Below are positions 19,847 through 30,959 of a stretch of DNA of 64,000 nt, piece after piece; position 1 is the first letter of the stretch; the number at the start of each line of letters is the position of its first letter. The translations under genes and the position numbers were made by a program. The DNA comes from Halorutilales archaeon Cl-col2-1 (GTDB lineage Archaea > Halobacteriota > Halobacteria > Halobacteriales > Afararchaeaceae): NCBI GenBank assembly GCA_041891055.1, contig CP169074.1, positions 320,001-384,000 of the forward strand. Direction: 5' to 3'. Below the pieces are notes generated by a model that was not told the origin of the DNA, did no database searches, and was given only the letters and a program-made list of their open reading frames with translations.

Positions 19847-21181
19847 TCAGTCTATCTCGCTCTGGACGTCGAGTTGGTTCATGCTGTCGACTTCTTCACT
19901 GATTCCCTCTACCATAGCCTCCTGTTCCTCGTTCGAGGCGGCGATGTCCTCAGCCTTGTCGGAGACCCTCTCAGCTTTCTCGGATGCCTCGTCTACCATG
20001 CTCGCTATCTCCTCGGAGCTAGATGCCTGCTGGTTCGTGGCACTCGAAACTTCCTCGACGCTCTGGGAGACCTCCTCGACCATCTCGGCGATCTCCTTGA
20101 AGTTCTCGCCCGCGGTCTCGACCTTGTCGGCACCCTCGTCGATAAGCTGGTTGTTGTCTTCGAGGCTCTCGACGGTCTCCATCGCGTTGTCCTGTATCGT
20201 CTCGACGATCTCCTCTATCTCGCTCGCGTGGCTCTGTGACTCCTCTGCTAGCTGTTTTACCTCGTCTGCGACGACAGCGAATCCTTCGCCTGCCTCTCCT
20301 GCGCGCGCCGCCTCTATGTTGGCGTTGAGTGCGAGGAGGTTAGTCTGGTCTGCTATGTCGTTTATGACCTCGACTATCTCGTTTATCTCCTCGACGCTCT
20401 TCCTGAGGTCTTTGACGTCCTCCGAGACCTCGTGAGACGACTCCTCTATCCTCTCCATCATCTCGACTGCCTCATCGGCTGACTCCTCTCCCTCCGCAGC
20501 TTTGTCCCTCGCGGTTTCGCTTCTCTGGCTGACCTCGTCGGTGCTAGAGGCGATCTCCTCGACGGTCGCACTCAGATTCGAGACCTCGCTCGATATCTGT
20601 TCCATTGACTCCGACTGTTCCTCGGTGAGATGGCTGATCTCCTGTGAGTTCTGAGCCACGTGCTGGGAGACTTCCTTGAGGTCGTCGACCGAGTCCTTGA
20701 CGTTGCCCACAGTCTCCTTCTCGTCTGTGAGGTCTCTGAAGGTTTCGGCGATACCTATAATGTCGCCCTCCGAATCACGAACCGGGCGGCAGATGAGTTC
20801 GGTGGGTATTACCTCGCCGTCGTAGCTTTCCTTGTTTACTTCGACACGGATCTCGTCCTTGCCGTGGTCGACTATCTGGTTGAGAGTGCAGTTATCCGTG
20901 CCACATACGTCGGGGTTCGAGAACTGGTCGAAGCATTTGACGCCTTCGACGCCTTCGGCTTCCACATCCCCCATCTCCTTCATCTGCTGGTTTTCGAGTA
21001 TGACATTGAAGTCGGTGTCGAGAATCCTCATCGCAGCCCCCGTCGACTCCATCACTGTCCTTATGTTGTTGCCGAGCTCTTCCTTGAACTCGTCCTCAGT
21101 CAGGCTCTTACCCCCTGATATCTCTTGAGACAGGTCGGCGTCGGAGCTTCCGTGGGTCGGGAGACTCTTATCAATAGACAT
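19847..21181 (-). CDS. Soluble methyl-accepting chemotaxis protein with N-terminal PAS domain
   Basis: [34 protein letters not shown] signalling hairpin; no TM segment; PAS-like N-terminus with three Cys. Confidence 0.9.
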   Translation of the reverse strand: MSIDKSLPTHGSSDADLSQEISGGKSLTEDEFKEELGNNIRTVMESTGAAMRILDTDFNVILENQQMKEMGDVEAEGVEGVKCFDQFSNPDVCGTDNCTLNQIVDHGKDEIRVEVNKESYDGEVIPTELICRPVRDSEGDIIGIAETFRDLTDEKETVGNVKDSVDDLKEVSQHVAQNSQEISHLTEEQSESMEQISSEVSNLSATVEEIASSTDEVSQRSETARDKAAEGEESADEAVEMMERIEESSHEVSEDVKDLRKSVEEINEIVEVINDIADQTNLLALNANIEAARAGEAGEGFAVVADEVKQLAEESQSHASEIEEIVETIQDNAMETVESLEDNNQLIDEGADKVETAGENFKEIAEMVEEVSQSVEEVSSATNQQASSSEEIASMVDEASEKAERVSDKAEDIAASNEEQEAMVEGISEEVDSMNQLDVQSEID

Positions 21182-21309
21182 ATGCCTATACTGGCTTCAT
21201 CACATGGCTATATATACTTGTATATGTAGGAATTTTGCAAGATTCTCACACAGTAAACCCCACTAAAAATCCGGATATACAGAAGAGTCAGACCGCCTTC
21301 ATCTCAGCC

Positions 21310-22875
21310 TCAGCCTATCTGCTGTCTAATCTCGTCTATGTCGACGGCTGCCTCGGATATCAGGTTGTCAAGTGCCTCGGTTATCAGAACGAAGTCCTCT
21401 AGCTGTTCGTTGGTCTTCTCCTTCATCTCGTGAGTCTTACGTGTCGCAGACTCCGCCTTAGTGCTGACTTCGTCGACCATTCCGGCGACCTCCTCGGTGC
21501 TCGTCGCCTGGTCTTCGGTTGCCTCGGCGACTTCGTTAATTCCGTCGGACGCCTCCTCGACTGCGGAGTTGACCTCCTTGAATGTCTCCGCAGCCGTGTT
21601 CACGACGGAGATGCCCTCACCGACGTCTTCGTCCATCTCCTCAAGGCTGTCGAGGGTCTCATCAGCAGTCTCCTGAATACTCTCGACAATCTTCTCTATC
21701 TCGGTCGCACGTTCCTGCGACTGTTCGGCGAGATCCTTGACCTCGTCGGCGACGACAGCGAATCCCTCGCCTGCCTCTCCCGCCCTCGCAGCCTCTATGC
21801 TCGCGTTGAGTGCGAGTAGGTTGGTCTGGTCGGCTATGTCGTTTATGACCTCGACCACCTCGTTTATCTCGTCCATCATGCTGTGGAGGTCTTCCATGTT
21901 CTGTCTGACCTCGTCGTTGGCGTCACGTATGTTACGGATCGATCCCTCGGCTCTCTCAGCTTTACGTCTCCCGTCAGTCCCTTTCTGACTAGCCTTGTCG
22001 GCTGCGAGGGATACCTCGTCGGCACTCGCGGCTATCTCCTCTACCGAAGCACTCAGACTGGATATCTCGGATGCGATCTCGTCTATGTCCTCCTTCTGTT
22101 CCTTCACTGTCTCCTCTGTCTCCGACGCGATTTGGTTGACCTCCTGACTTGTGTCCTTGACTACCTCAGTAGAGTCCTCAACGCCTTCCGCCATTCTCTC
22201 CATGGCTTCTATGTTTTCGATCTCGTTTAGGAAAGAATGCTGATATGTGTCGACTGCAACCTGCATGTCGAGGTTAGTTATCTTGAGAACCGACATCACG
22301 GTCTCGAAACTGTCGGAAAGCTCCGACTCAATTACTGACTCCACACCGCGCTTGAGATCTTCCTTGGATTCGTAGTCAGAGTCGTATACCTCGTCGGCGA
22401 CCCTCTCGGCTATCCCGTCTTCGGCACGTCTTCTTATCTCGGGAAGTATGTTTCTGTAATAGAGTATGTACGCCCCGAAGTAATACTTCGGAGGCATATT
22501 TATCATGTCGTGTAGCTTCCCTATCCGTGCGCGGTCTGCGAAGTACTCCGTACTGTAGCTACCGTTTCCGAGAGACAGAAGATACTCCTTCTGTGTCTTC
22601 TTGAGTTCGGAGACGGGACGTGACGAGCGGCGTAGTATCTCGTCAGTCTCGTCGAACGACTCTAACGTGGCGTAGAAGTCGTCGACGGCTTCGTCCTTTA
22701 TATCCTCCAACACAGGAGTAATCTCCCGGAGATTCCGGGCGTCCTCACCGTCGAATCCGAGTATCTTCTTTCTGAACTCTATCTCGCTTTCGTCTATTCC
22801 TAACTCGTCTATGAGACTACTGCCGTCAACTTTACTTCCTCTCCCCCCAGAAGAGGACTTTTCCCCCAGGCTCAT
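21310..22875 (-). CDS. Globin-coupled sensor chemoreceptor (HemAT-like)
   Basis: Sensor globin ([50 protein letters not shown]) plus MCP hairpin; start MSLGEK. Confidence 0.9.
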   Translation of the reverse strand: MSLGEKSSSGGRGSKVDGSSLIDELGIDESEIEFRKKILGFDGEDARNLREITPVLEDIKDEAVDDFYATLESFDETDEILRRSSRPVSELKKTQKEYLLSLGNGSYSTEYFADRARIGKLHDMINMPPKYYFGAYILYYRNILPEIRRRAEDGIAERVADEVYDSDYESKEDLKRGVESVIESELSDSFETVMSVLKITNLDMQVAVDTYQHSFLNEIENIEAMERMAEGVEDSTEVVKDTSQEVNQIASETEETVKEQKEDIDEIASEISSLSASVEEIAASADEVSLAADKASQKGTDGRRKAERAEGSIRNIRDANDEVRQNMEDLHSMMDEINEVVEVINDIADQTNLLALNASIEAARAGEAGEGFAVVADEVKDLAEQSQERATEIEKIVESIQETADETLDSLEEMDEDVGEGISVVNTAAETFKEVNSAVEEASDGINEVAEATEDQATSTEEVAGMVDEVSTKAESATRKTHEMKEKTNEQLEDFVLITEALDNLISEAAVDIDEIRQQIG

Positions 22876-23001
22876 GCGCCTGTCTTCAGCACGGTAACTT
22901 ATATCTTTTTGGGCGGAGATGGGGATACAGTGAAAAACAGTCCCTTGTGCTGAAGATACGGGGTTCCGTCCTTTTTTGACCCGCGGACGCGTCGTACGTT
23001 T

Positions 23002-23658
23002 ATGCAAGACCTGACCCATCGCATCGAGAACGACGTCCAGACGTACCCGGGAGATCCCGACGTCGAGATTGAGTCCGACTCGGTCTACTCGGAGGACGGG
23101 TGCAGGGTTTCACGTCTGTCGCTCGGAAGCCACACCGGAACACACGTCGACGCGCCGTCCCACACAGAGCCCGACGGAGACTCGCTCGGGTCGTACGGAG
23201 TAGAGTCGTTCGTCTTTGAGACCGTACGTGTCGACTGCCGTGACCTGGGCTCGCGCGAGAGTATAGGTCTCGAACGTCTCCCTGACCTCAGTGCCGACAC
23301 CTGTGTCGACTGCCTAGTCTTCTGGACGGGCTGGGACAGACACTGGAATACCGACAGATACCTCGACCATCCGTATCTGTCGTGCGAGGCGGCTGAGTAC
23401 TGTGCCGAACACGGGGTCGCAGTCGGAACCGATACACTCAGCCCCGATCCGACACCCTCCGAGGAGCCTCACGACACGAGCTTCGACGCACACAGTGCTC
23501 TTCTCGGCGAGGGATGTCTTATCTTCGAGAACCTCACGAACCTCGGAGAACTCCCCGATAGATTCGAACTCCGAGCCTATCCATTACGTCTCGATACTGA
23601 CGGGTCGCCCGTGCGCGCTGTCGGGGTTAGACTCAGTAAGACAGATGGAACTGTGTGA
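23002..23658 (+). CDS. Cyclase / kynurenine formamidase family
   Basis: [42 protein letters not shown]. Confidence 0.9.
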   Translation: MQDLTHRIENDVQTYPGDPDVEIESDSVYSEDGCRVSRLSLGSHTGTHVDAPSHTEPDGDSLGSYGVESFVFETVRVDCRDLGSRESIGLERLPDLSADTCVDCLVFWTGWDRHWNTDRYLDHPYLSCEAAEYCAEHGVAVGTDTLSPDPTPSEEPHDTSFDAHSALLGEGCLIFENLTNLGELPDRFELRAYPLRLDTDGSPVRAVGVRLSKTDGTV

Positions 23659-23669
23659 ACCGGGTTGGG

Positions 23670-24914
23670 CTACTCGTACCTGAGAGCGTCTATGGGGTTT
23701 ACCTTCGATGCCCTCCAGGCGGGATATATGCCGGCGACCACACCGACTGTGACTCCCATGAATACCGAGAAGACGACCCATCCGACTGCGGGAGTGAAGC
23801 CGACGCCCGCATAGACCGTAGCACCCCAGGCTATTCCGAGACCGATGGGTATTCCGATTACCGACCCCGCGGTGCTCAGTAGGACAGCCTCGGTGAGGAA
23901 GAGCTTCACGACGTCGCGGTTGGTGGCTCCGACTGACTTCATTATTCCAATCTCCTTCGTACGTTCGGTCACGCTCACGAGTGTGATGTTAGCTATTCCG
24001 ACCGCTCCGACTACGAGTGATATAACGGCTATCCCCGTCACGAACTTGGTTATCCTGTCTATGACGTCCTCTATCTCGTCTATTATGTCGCCGCTCGTCT
24101 GAACCGTGAATCCACTGTTGTCGGGAACCAGATCTGAGGCGGCGGAGCTCTGTCTTAGGTACTCCTCGATACCGTCGCCCGTCTCTCCGATGCGTTCGGT
24201 GTCAGCGACGACAGTCATCTGTGGGTAGGCTTTCTGGTCGTATCCGAGACCCGGTACCGTCACTGTCGTGGTGTAGAAAGGATCTGAGGGTAGGTAGAAA
24301 CGTGGGACAGCGTCGCCGAATCCCGTGACGAACTCTCCCTGTGTCGACGACACTACTCCGACGACTCTTAACTCGGTCTCCTCGCCCGACGAGTCTGTCA
24401 TAACCACCGTCGAGCCAACTGTGACGTTCTCCCCGAACGCCTCCGCCCCAGCCCTGTTCATGACTATCTCGTCGGACCCAGACCTGAATCCACGCCCCTC
24501 CAAGACGGATTCCTGGCTAAACGTCTCGGGAACCGTGGCGATCACTGTCTGTTGTGCGACCGTCCGGTTAGCATACGACAGGGACGACACCGGAATTATT
24601 CCTCTCGGTATCACCTTCCTGACCCCCTCTATCTCCGAGATCTCCTCTACGTCACCCGTCGTAAACACGGGGTTTATCGAGGATCCGAAGTCGGTCGGGG
24701 CACCGTGTTCGTCCTCGCCCGGAAATACATAGATGTTGTTGGCGTTCGTCGTGCCTATCTGACCCACGACGTCAGCCCTTACACTCGCGCCGAAGGTCGA
24801 GAAGACTATCACAGACGCGATACCGATCACGACACCTAAGACTGTGAGAGAAGACCTCAGACGGTGGGCACGTATCGAACGTCCGGATATACGTAGTATC
24901 TCCCTCAGCTTCAT
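23670..24914 (-). CDS. MacB/FtsX-type ABC permease
   Basis: RSSLTVLGVVIGIASV, VGAVGIANITLVSVTERTKEIGIMKSVGA, GIYPAWRASKVNPIDALRYE. Confidence 0.92.
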   Translation of the reverse strand: MKLREILRISGRSIRAHRLRSSLTVLGVVIGIASVIVFSTFGASVRADVVGQIGTTNANNIYVFPGEDEHGAPTDFGSSINPVFTTGDVEEISEIEGVRKVIPRGIIPVSSLSYANRTVAQQTVIATVPETFSQESVLEGRGFRSGSDEIVMNRAGAEAFGENVTVGSTVVMTDSSGEETELRVVGVVSSTQGEFVTGFGDAVPRFYLPSDPFYTTTVTVPGLGYDQKAYPQMTVVADTERIGETGDGIEEYLRQSSAASDLVPDNSGFTVQTSGDIIDEIEDVIDRITKFVTGIAVISLVVGAVGIANITLVSVTERTKEIGIMKSVGATNRDVVKLFLTEAVLLSTAGSVIGIPIGLGIAWGATVYAGVGFTPAVGWVVFSVFMGVTVGVVAGIYPAWRASKVNPIDALRYE

Positions 24915-25660
24915 ACTCTATCCCCTTTTCTGAGATCTTCGACCCTCTCAACGTCGCCGTCACGGATATGTACGATTCTCTCGGCGTGTTCGGCAATACG
25001 GCGTGAGTGTGTCACGAGGAGAACCGTGTTTCCGTCGTCGTGAATCTCCGAGAGTAGAGCCATTATCTCGTCGCCCGTCTCGGTGTCTATGTTTCCCGTG
25101 GGCTCGTCGGCGAGAACCACCGACGGATCCGGGGCAAGCGCGCGTGCTATCGCAACACGCTGTCTCTGTCCGCCGCTAAGCTGGGTCGGCTTGTGGTCGT
25201 ATCTGTCTCCTAAGCCGACGTCGTCGAGGCTCTGTCTCGCGCGTTCGAGCCTTTCTTCCTTTCCCCATCCGGCGAAAGCCAGAGGCAGTGCGACGTTCTC
25301 GACGGCTGTGAGACGAGGCATTAGGTTGAAAGTCTGAAAGATGAAACCGACCTCTGTACCTCTCAGGGACGCACGTCTGTCCTCGGTAACCGACCCGATC
25401 TCCTCGTCACGTATCCTCACTTCACCCTCGTCGGGGACATCGAGACCGCCTATGAGGTTCAGAAGAGTGCTCTTACCCGATCCGCTCGGACCCATGACTG
25501 AGGTGTACGACCCCTCACGCAGACTCACCGAGACCCCGTCGAGAGCCTTTACGGTGCCGCCGAGGTCGTACCTCTTGACCACGTCAGCGACCTCGACTAC
25601 TGCTTCCGTGTCGGAGTCCGACAGACCCTCGTGGTTTGGAGCTGAGTTAGCGTGTGTCAC
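24911..25660 (-). CDS. ABC ATP-binding protein (LolD/MacB type)
   Basis: [42 protein letters not shown]. Confidence 0.93.
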   Translation of the reverse strand: MTHANSAPNHEGLSDSDTEAVVEVADVVKRYDLGGTVKALDGVSVSLREGSYTSVMGPSGSGKSTLLNLIGGLDVPDEGEVRIRDEEIGSVTEDRRASLRGTEVGFIFQTFNLMPRLTAVENVALPLAFAGWGKEERLERARQSLDDVGLGDRYDHKPTQLSGGQRQRVAIARALAPDPSVVLADEPTGNIDTETGDEIMALLSEIHDDGNTVLLVTHSRRIAEHAERIVHIRDGDVERVEDLRKGDRV

Positions 25661-25779
25661 TGCTCAAGATAGAGTCCGAGACCGTATATACCTTTGTCCT
25701 ATCCGCTGTACGGCAGTGGTACGACTCTCTAGAACGTCGAACACGCACAAGCCATTTAACCGTACAGTGTGTATGAATC

Positions 25780-27111
25780 GTGATGGATAAGAGAGAGAGT
25801 CCCACCGACACTGACACCGACGACGCAGCCGACGACGCGGAAAGCCGGGGTATCACGGACAGCTTCGGTCTACTTGCGATAGCCCTACTCGTAATAGGTG
25901 TCGTAGGAGCGGGTCTTACTATAGCTCAGACCCCGATGGGGGACAACACTGACACGCGAGACGCCGAGACAGTCACTGCAGACGGTGTCCTCGAAGGGGT
26001 ACACGAAAGATACAACTCCTCCGAGACTCTCGCCGGAAACGCGACTGTTGAGGTCAGTAAGGAGGATGAAACCAGAAGCTACTCTGTCTCGTTTGCCGTG
26101 GCTGACGAGAACGAGTCACGTGTCTCGGTCGACAGCGAAAACCGATCAGCCGTCTTGGGATCGAACGGTTCGGCAGTCTGGCTACATTCCGAGAAAGAAG
26201 GCGTCACACGTGTTTACAGCCGTGACGAGATACGTGACGCAAAGGAAGGCGACATAGAGCCGTTCGGCTTCGGTAGACAGCCGTTCGACCACAACCACAG
26301 CCGTGACGGTGAGTACGAACACCTGTGGGGATCGGTCGACGCTAACGAGACGAATCCTAAGCCTTGGGACATCGACGCCGTTCACGACCACGGCTACGAC
26401 CACAGCCAAGCCTCGAACCACACCATAAACACGACGTCTGAGTACGTCGGAAGACAGAGTCTCCGTGGCACCGAAGCACACGTAGTTGAGATAACTCTCA
26501 GAGATGAGAACCAGAGCCGACATCCGGAGACCCTCGTGACCTACTGGGTCTCGAACGACGACGTAGTTCTGAGACAGGAGGTGGAGACCCCGAACGCGAC
26601 TGTCACAGTCGACGTGACTCAGACGAGGTTCAACGTGAGTATAGCCGACTCAACCTTCGAGCCTCCGACGGGTGAAGACACCACACAGTTCGCGACTTCG
26701 ACCTTCGACTCCTTCGACGGTCTACAGGACTCGACCGATTTCGAGCTACTCCGCCTAGGCTCGAACTACAGCTTCGACGAGGGACGGAAGGTCGTCTACG
26801 CGGGTGAGACAGCCGCAGTACAGGAGTACGTAGACGACGGATCGCGTCTCAGAGTCGTCTCAGCCGAAGACACCAGCCGAAGCTTCGGCTTCGCTGATCG
26901 GCACACGAGTACCAGCGTAAACAAGACATCGACTCAGGAGACTGAGGTCGTTATAGACGGAGTCAACACGACAGTCACTGTCTCGGAGACGAGCCGAGGA
27001 GCCGCAGTCTCTTGGACTCACGAGACAGACGGAGACGAACTCAGACACGCAGTAGTCTCCGAGACGGAGTCTGCCGAGACGGTCTTAGAGGTCGTCGAGA
27101 AGATCGGCTGA
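25780..27111 (+). CDS. Membrane-anchored extracellular protein, LolA-like fold suspected
   Basis: One N-terminal TM helix; SNGSAVW, TYWV and FNVSIADSTFEPP resemble LolA-like proteins; many N-x-S/T sequons. Confidence 0.65.
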   Translation: MMDKRESPTDTDTDDAADDAESRGITDSFGLLAIALLVIGVVGAGLTIAQTPMGDNTDTRDAETVTADGVLEGVHERYNSSETLAGNATVEVSKEDETRSYSVSFAVADENESRVSVDSENRSAVLGSNGSAVWLHSEKEGVTRVYSRDEIRDAKEGDIEPFGFGRQPFDHNHSRDGEYEHLWGSVDANETNPKPWDIDAVHDHGYDHSQASNHTINTTSEYVGRQSLRGTEAHVVEITLRDENQSRHPETLVTYWVSNDDVVLRQEVETPNATVTVDVTQTRFNVSIADSTFEPPTGEDTTQFATSTFDSFDGLQDSTDFELLRLGSNYSFDEGRKVVYAGETAAVQEYVDDGSRLRVVSAEDTSRSFGFADRHTSTSVNKTSTQETEVVIDGVNTTVTVSETSRGAAVSWTHETDGDELRHAVVSETESAETVLEVVEKIG

Positions 27112-27446
27112 GGCTTAAGTTTACCATCAGAAATGCTTAATAGACAGCCCTACTGTGACCATATGCACCGTCCTAACAGACGGTGAGCCCGCCGTCCCCT
27201 TCCCTGTGCCTCTGTCTTGCCAGCCCTCTCCTATCCTATTTTGACCTCTCTTCGACATAACCACGAGATCAGGCTTAGACTCAGACAGACGCGGCTCCTA
27301 AGTCTAAGCCGAAATGACCCAGGGTAATCAACCCCTTTCGCGTCTCTAACCCGAAGATGTCAGCAGCCGTGATTTTTCATATATTGCACATATATATCAT
27401 GAAAGTATGCCATAGACTTATTTCAGTCGGAGTAGTAAGGCGTCCC

Positions 27447-27858
27447 ATGCTTGTGAGGGATGTCATGTCGGACGAAGTCGTAAAAGCGGGCTGTGACGAG
27501 ACAGTTCACGACGGGATCGAGAAGATGCTCAGAAACTGCGTCGGATCTGTGGTAGTCACACGTAAGGGCGATCCCATGGGAATAGTAACCGAGACAGACA
27601 TCCTCAAACACGGCTACAGGTCAAGAGGCAGGTTCACCGAGACTTCTCTTTCGAAGATAAATGAGTTCTCCCCTGGTCAATATACAGCCCGAGAAGTCGA
27701 TAAGGGAAGCAGCCGAAACTATGAGGGCGGAGTCAGTGAAGAAGGTTGCCGTCATGGATCATCTCGATCTAATGGGTATAATCACTCTGAGTGACATAGT
27801 ATACAGTCACTCTGACATCCTGAAGGAGGCCCACCGTCTCGACACTCCTGACGTCTGA
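27447..27858 (+). pseudogene. CBS-pair protein split by a single +1 frameshift
   Basis: MLVRDVMS...GIVTETDI...SLSKI then an extra A at ~27660; the other frame continues MSSPLVNI...GIITLSDIV. Confidence 0.8.
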
Positions 27859-27998
27859 GATGTTTAAAGCCGCGTTTAGTTTTGGTCTTTCGATACCCCC
27901 TGTTGTTCTCTTCACTGTGGTACGGAGATCACAGCTGCCACTTCTGACACATACTCATCAAGTCTAAAGTCGAACCACCGGGATTTGGAGTCGTATAC

Positions 27999-30959
27999 TC
28001 AGTCGGACGTTGTCCTGGGAAGTTCGACTACGAAGACGGCTCCCTCGGGTTCGTTGTCCTCGACCCATACCTCGCCTCCGTAGCTCTCGACGAGAGTATG
28101 GACTAAGTAGAGACCCATTCCCGTACCTTCGCTTTCGATCCCTTTTTCTCCCTTGCCGAATATCTCGTCCTTCTTCTCATCGGGTACTCCAGATCCGTTG
28201 TCTGCGACTCGGACAGTCACACTGTCTCGTGTTTCCGTCGCGGAGACAGTAACCTCCGGAGTGTTCTTGTCGTTGTGCTCGACGGCGTTCTTTAGTAAGT
28301 TCCTGAAGACTGAGCCGAGCATACTGTTTGCCATCACCGTCTCGTCGGGTAGACTCTGGTGTCTTACTTCCGCGTCAGTATACGCCGACTCTATCTCGTC
28401 GATCTCCGAGAGGAGAACTTCCTTAAGACTCTTCTCCTCAAGGTCGTCTTCGGTCGACATCATCGTGTCGGCTATGTCACGCGCCGTCATCGTAAGCTCG
28501 ATAGCGCTTTCGGCGTTTTCGAGAACCGTCTCTATATAATCTCTCTTCTCGCCCTCGTCGTACATGTCTATGAGAAGCTTGCTGTACGACTTCACTATCT
28601 GAAGATCGTTGCGTATGTCGTGACGTACCATCTGGTTGAGGACTTCGAGGTTGTCTCTCTGGTTCTTGATCTTCCTCTCGTACTCTTTCCTCTCGGTGAT
28701 GTCTCTCACGAGTCCATGTAGGACTGGCTTACCCTCGTACTCGAACCTGCTAAGTTTGACCTCTGCGGGGAACTCGGTACCGTCCTCACGTTGGTGAGTG
28801 TACTCGAAGAAGGCTTCGCCCTCTTCAAACCCTTCCTCTATCCTCGAAAGTGCCACTTCCTTTGAGTCGGAGCCGTCGGGCTGCGTCGGGGGTGCGAGCT
28901 CCCACGGGGTGTAATCGAGGAATTCCTCGACTGAGTCAACGCCGAACAGGTCGAGCGCCCTCTGGTTACAGTCGATGTACCCATCGCGGTCGAACAGCAT
29001 GAGAGCGTCCCTGCTATCCTCGAAGAGACTACGGTACTTGGCTTCGCGGTCTCTGATCTTCTGTTGCCTCTCTTTCCTCTCAGTGATATCCCTCACGAGC
29101 GCGTGTAACGCTGGCTCGCCCTCGTACTCGAACCTGCTGAGTTTGACCTCTGCGGGGAACTTGGTGCCGTCCTCGCGGCAGTGTGTCCACTCGAAGAAGG
29201 CTTCGCCCTCCTCAAAAGCCCTCTCGATGTGGGACATAGCTGCTTGAACCGAGTCTGAGCCATCGGGCTGTGTCGGAGGTGAAAGCTCCCACGGAGCGTA
29301 ATCTATGAACTCCTCTACCGAGTCGATATCGAAGAGATTGAGGGTCGTCTCGTTACAGTCGAAGAAGCCGTCGCGGTCTAGGAGCATAAGAGCATCACGC
29401 GTGTTCTCGAAAAGACTACGGTACTTCTCCTCACGTTTCTCTATCTCAGTAACGTCACGCGCGTATCCGAGGATGGCTCTCTCGCCTCCACTCACCGTCT
29501 CGAAGGGTATCTTGGTCGTGTTTATGCTCTTGGTTATTCCATCGGCTGTGGTCAGACTGTCCTCCGGTATGTGTAGAGACTCTCCGGATTCGAGAACCTT
29601 CTCGTCCTCCCGGCGAAAGTTCTCAGCCTCCTCACTCGACGGAACTACCTCAAAGTCGTGTTTTCCTTCAACTTCCTCGGGGTCGGAGTAGCCGTAGTAC
29701 TCCGCGAGTGTCTTGTTTACCAGAAGGTACTCGCCGTCGCAGTTCTTCGCGAAGACTGGGTCGGGCACTAGGTCGATTATATGGCGTAACTCCTCACGTG
29801 CTTCCTCTGTCTCATCTTTCCGTCTTTCTACTTCACGTATACGACTCTGAAGTGAGTCCCTCATCTCGTCTACTGAGTCATACAGTACTCCAATCTCGTC
29901 GAGACGGCTGTTTGTCACGTCGACGTCGAATTCACCCTCGCTTATACGGCGTGCACGGTTCGAGAGTCGGTTTATGTCTTTCGTGACTGAACGCATCGAG
30001 ACTGCGGCAGTTCCTATCAGAAGCACGAGACCCAGACCGAACGTTATTACGAGGTAAGACAGTATCTGGCTCCTGACTGCAAATACCTCATCCTCGGGTG
30101 CACGTGTGACGACGACTGTTCCGACTGTCGTGTTCTCGTCGTACTCGCCAGCTCTCTCGGCGTTGAGTACGTCGTGGGCGATGACCCTGACGCCAGCCAC
30201 CGTGTCGTTCTGTCCGTCGTGGATCATATGTGTTCCCTCGGATGCTGTCTCGGGGAGTTCGACAGTCTGCTTCGAGGTTTCTCCTATGAGGCGTTCTCCC
30301 TCGAACGAACGCAGTGTACTCTCTGAGCCCTCGAACACGTGTGAGTTCACGAGAGTCGTGTTGACCGGAACCGCAGCTACGAGGAACCTCTCGCCCGAAC
30401 GTGCACCTATCAGCGTCATATTCGGCAGATCCTCTTGGAGTTCGACGGGACTCTGGGATATGAATATCAGGCTGCGCGTAGTCTTTCTGTTCAGACCCGC
30501 GTCGTAGAGGTTTCTGTCGTGGTACTTGACCTCGGTACTTCCGAGTATATCTCCCGTCTCGACACTAGCCACGTGGAGTGAATCTACGTCTGACTCTACA
30601 CCCGTCTTCTCAGCGACGAGCCACTGGTGGATCATGGTGCTTGAGTCGTGCTGAATCTCCTCCGCCCTCGACATCTCGTTTAGAGTGCTCCAGCGTTCTG
30701 TGAGCCAGTTGGCGTATACGGTTGCCTGTGTAGTCGTGTCCGACTCAACTTTGTTCTCTACCTGACTGGTTATACTCTGATTAATCGCGGTGTACGAGAT
30801 GGCTATAACACTACTTGTGATCAGAGATCCCACTAGGAGTAGTATGAGTAGCTTCAGAGTCAGGCTCTGTTTCACACTTTCTGGTGCTAAGACGGCTACT
30901 CTCCTCCGAAGAACTGATCTGCCGTCCGAATTCGATCTGTCCTCTGAATCCGAGGTCAT
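27999..30959 (-). CDS. Membrane sensor histidine kinase (extracellular domain, HAMP, three PAS)
   Basis: Two TM helices, HAMP (DEIGVL), H-box VRHDIRNDL, N-box NLLKNAVEH, DNGSG, GTGMGLYLV. Confidence 0.93.
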   Translation of the reverse strand: MTSDSEDRSNSDGRSVLRRRVAVLAPESVKQSLTLKLLILLLVGSLITSSVIAISYTAINQSITSQVENKVESDTTTQATVYANWLTERWSTLNEMSRAEEIQHDSSTMIHQWLVAEKTGVESDVDSLHVASVETGDILGSTEVKYHDRNLYDAGLNRKTTRSLIFISQSPVELQEDLPNMTLIGARSGERFLVAAVPVNTTLVNSHVFEGSESTLRSFEGERLIGETSKQTVELPETASEGTHMIHDGQNDTVAGVRVIAHDVLNAERAGEYDENTTVGTVVVTRAPEDEVFAVRSQILSYLVITFGLGLVLLIGTAAVSMRSVTKDINRLSNRARRISEGEFDVDVTNSRLDEIGVLYDSVDEMRDSLQSRIREVERRKDETEEAREELRHIIDLVPDPVFAKNCDGEYLLVNKTLAEYYGYSDPEEVEGKHDFEVVPSSEEAENFRREDEKVLESGESLHIPEDSLTTADGITKSINTTKIPFETVSGGERAILGYARDVTEIEKREEKYRSLFENTRDALMLLDRDGFFDCNETTLNLFDIDSVEEFIDYAPWELSPPTQPDGSDSVQAAMSHIERAFEEGEAFFEWTHCREDGTKFPAEVKLSRFEYEGEPALHALVRDITERKERQQKIRDREAKYRSLFEDSRDALMLFDRDGYIDCNQRALDLFGVDSVEEFLDYTPWELAPPTQPDGSDSKEVALSRIEEGFEEGEAFFEYTHQREDGTEFPAEVKLSRFEYEGKPVLHGLVRDITERKEYERKIKNQRDNLEVLNQMVRHDIRNDLQIVKSYSKLLIDMYDEGEKRDYIETVLENAESAIELTMTARDIADTMMSTEDDLEEKSLKEVLLSEIDEIESAYTDAEVRHQSLPDETVMANSMLGSVFRNLLKNAVEHNDKNTPEVTVSATETRDSVTVRVADNGSGVPDEKKDEIFGKGEKGIESEGTGMGLYLVHTLVESYGGEVWVEDNEPEGAVFVVELPRTTSD
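28660..29430 (-). repeat. Tandem internal duplication of a PAS/PAC domain (~387-bp period)
   Basis: KYRSLFE..RDALML.DRDG..DCN and FPAEVKLSRFEYEG.P.LH.LVRDITERKE occur twice with high DNA identity. Confidence 0.9.

Noticed and set aside
21310-23019. Upstream-extended starts in the ORF track (also at 3666, 9150, 18486, 33728, 36227, 40177, 55382, 56191, 59268, 59653)
   Set aside because: The extensions are non-acidic and run through promoters or neighbouring genes, so downstream starts were chosen.
27272-27310. GGCTTAGAC...GTCTAAGCC inverted repeat as a MITE
   Set aside because: Only about 9-10 bp of pairing, a single occurrence and no target duplication.
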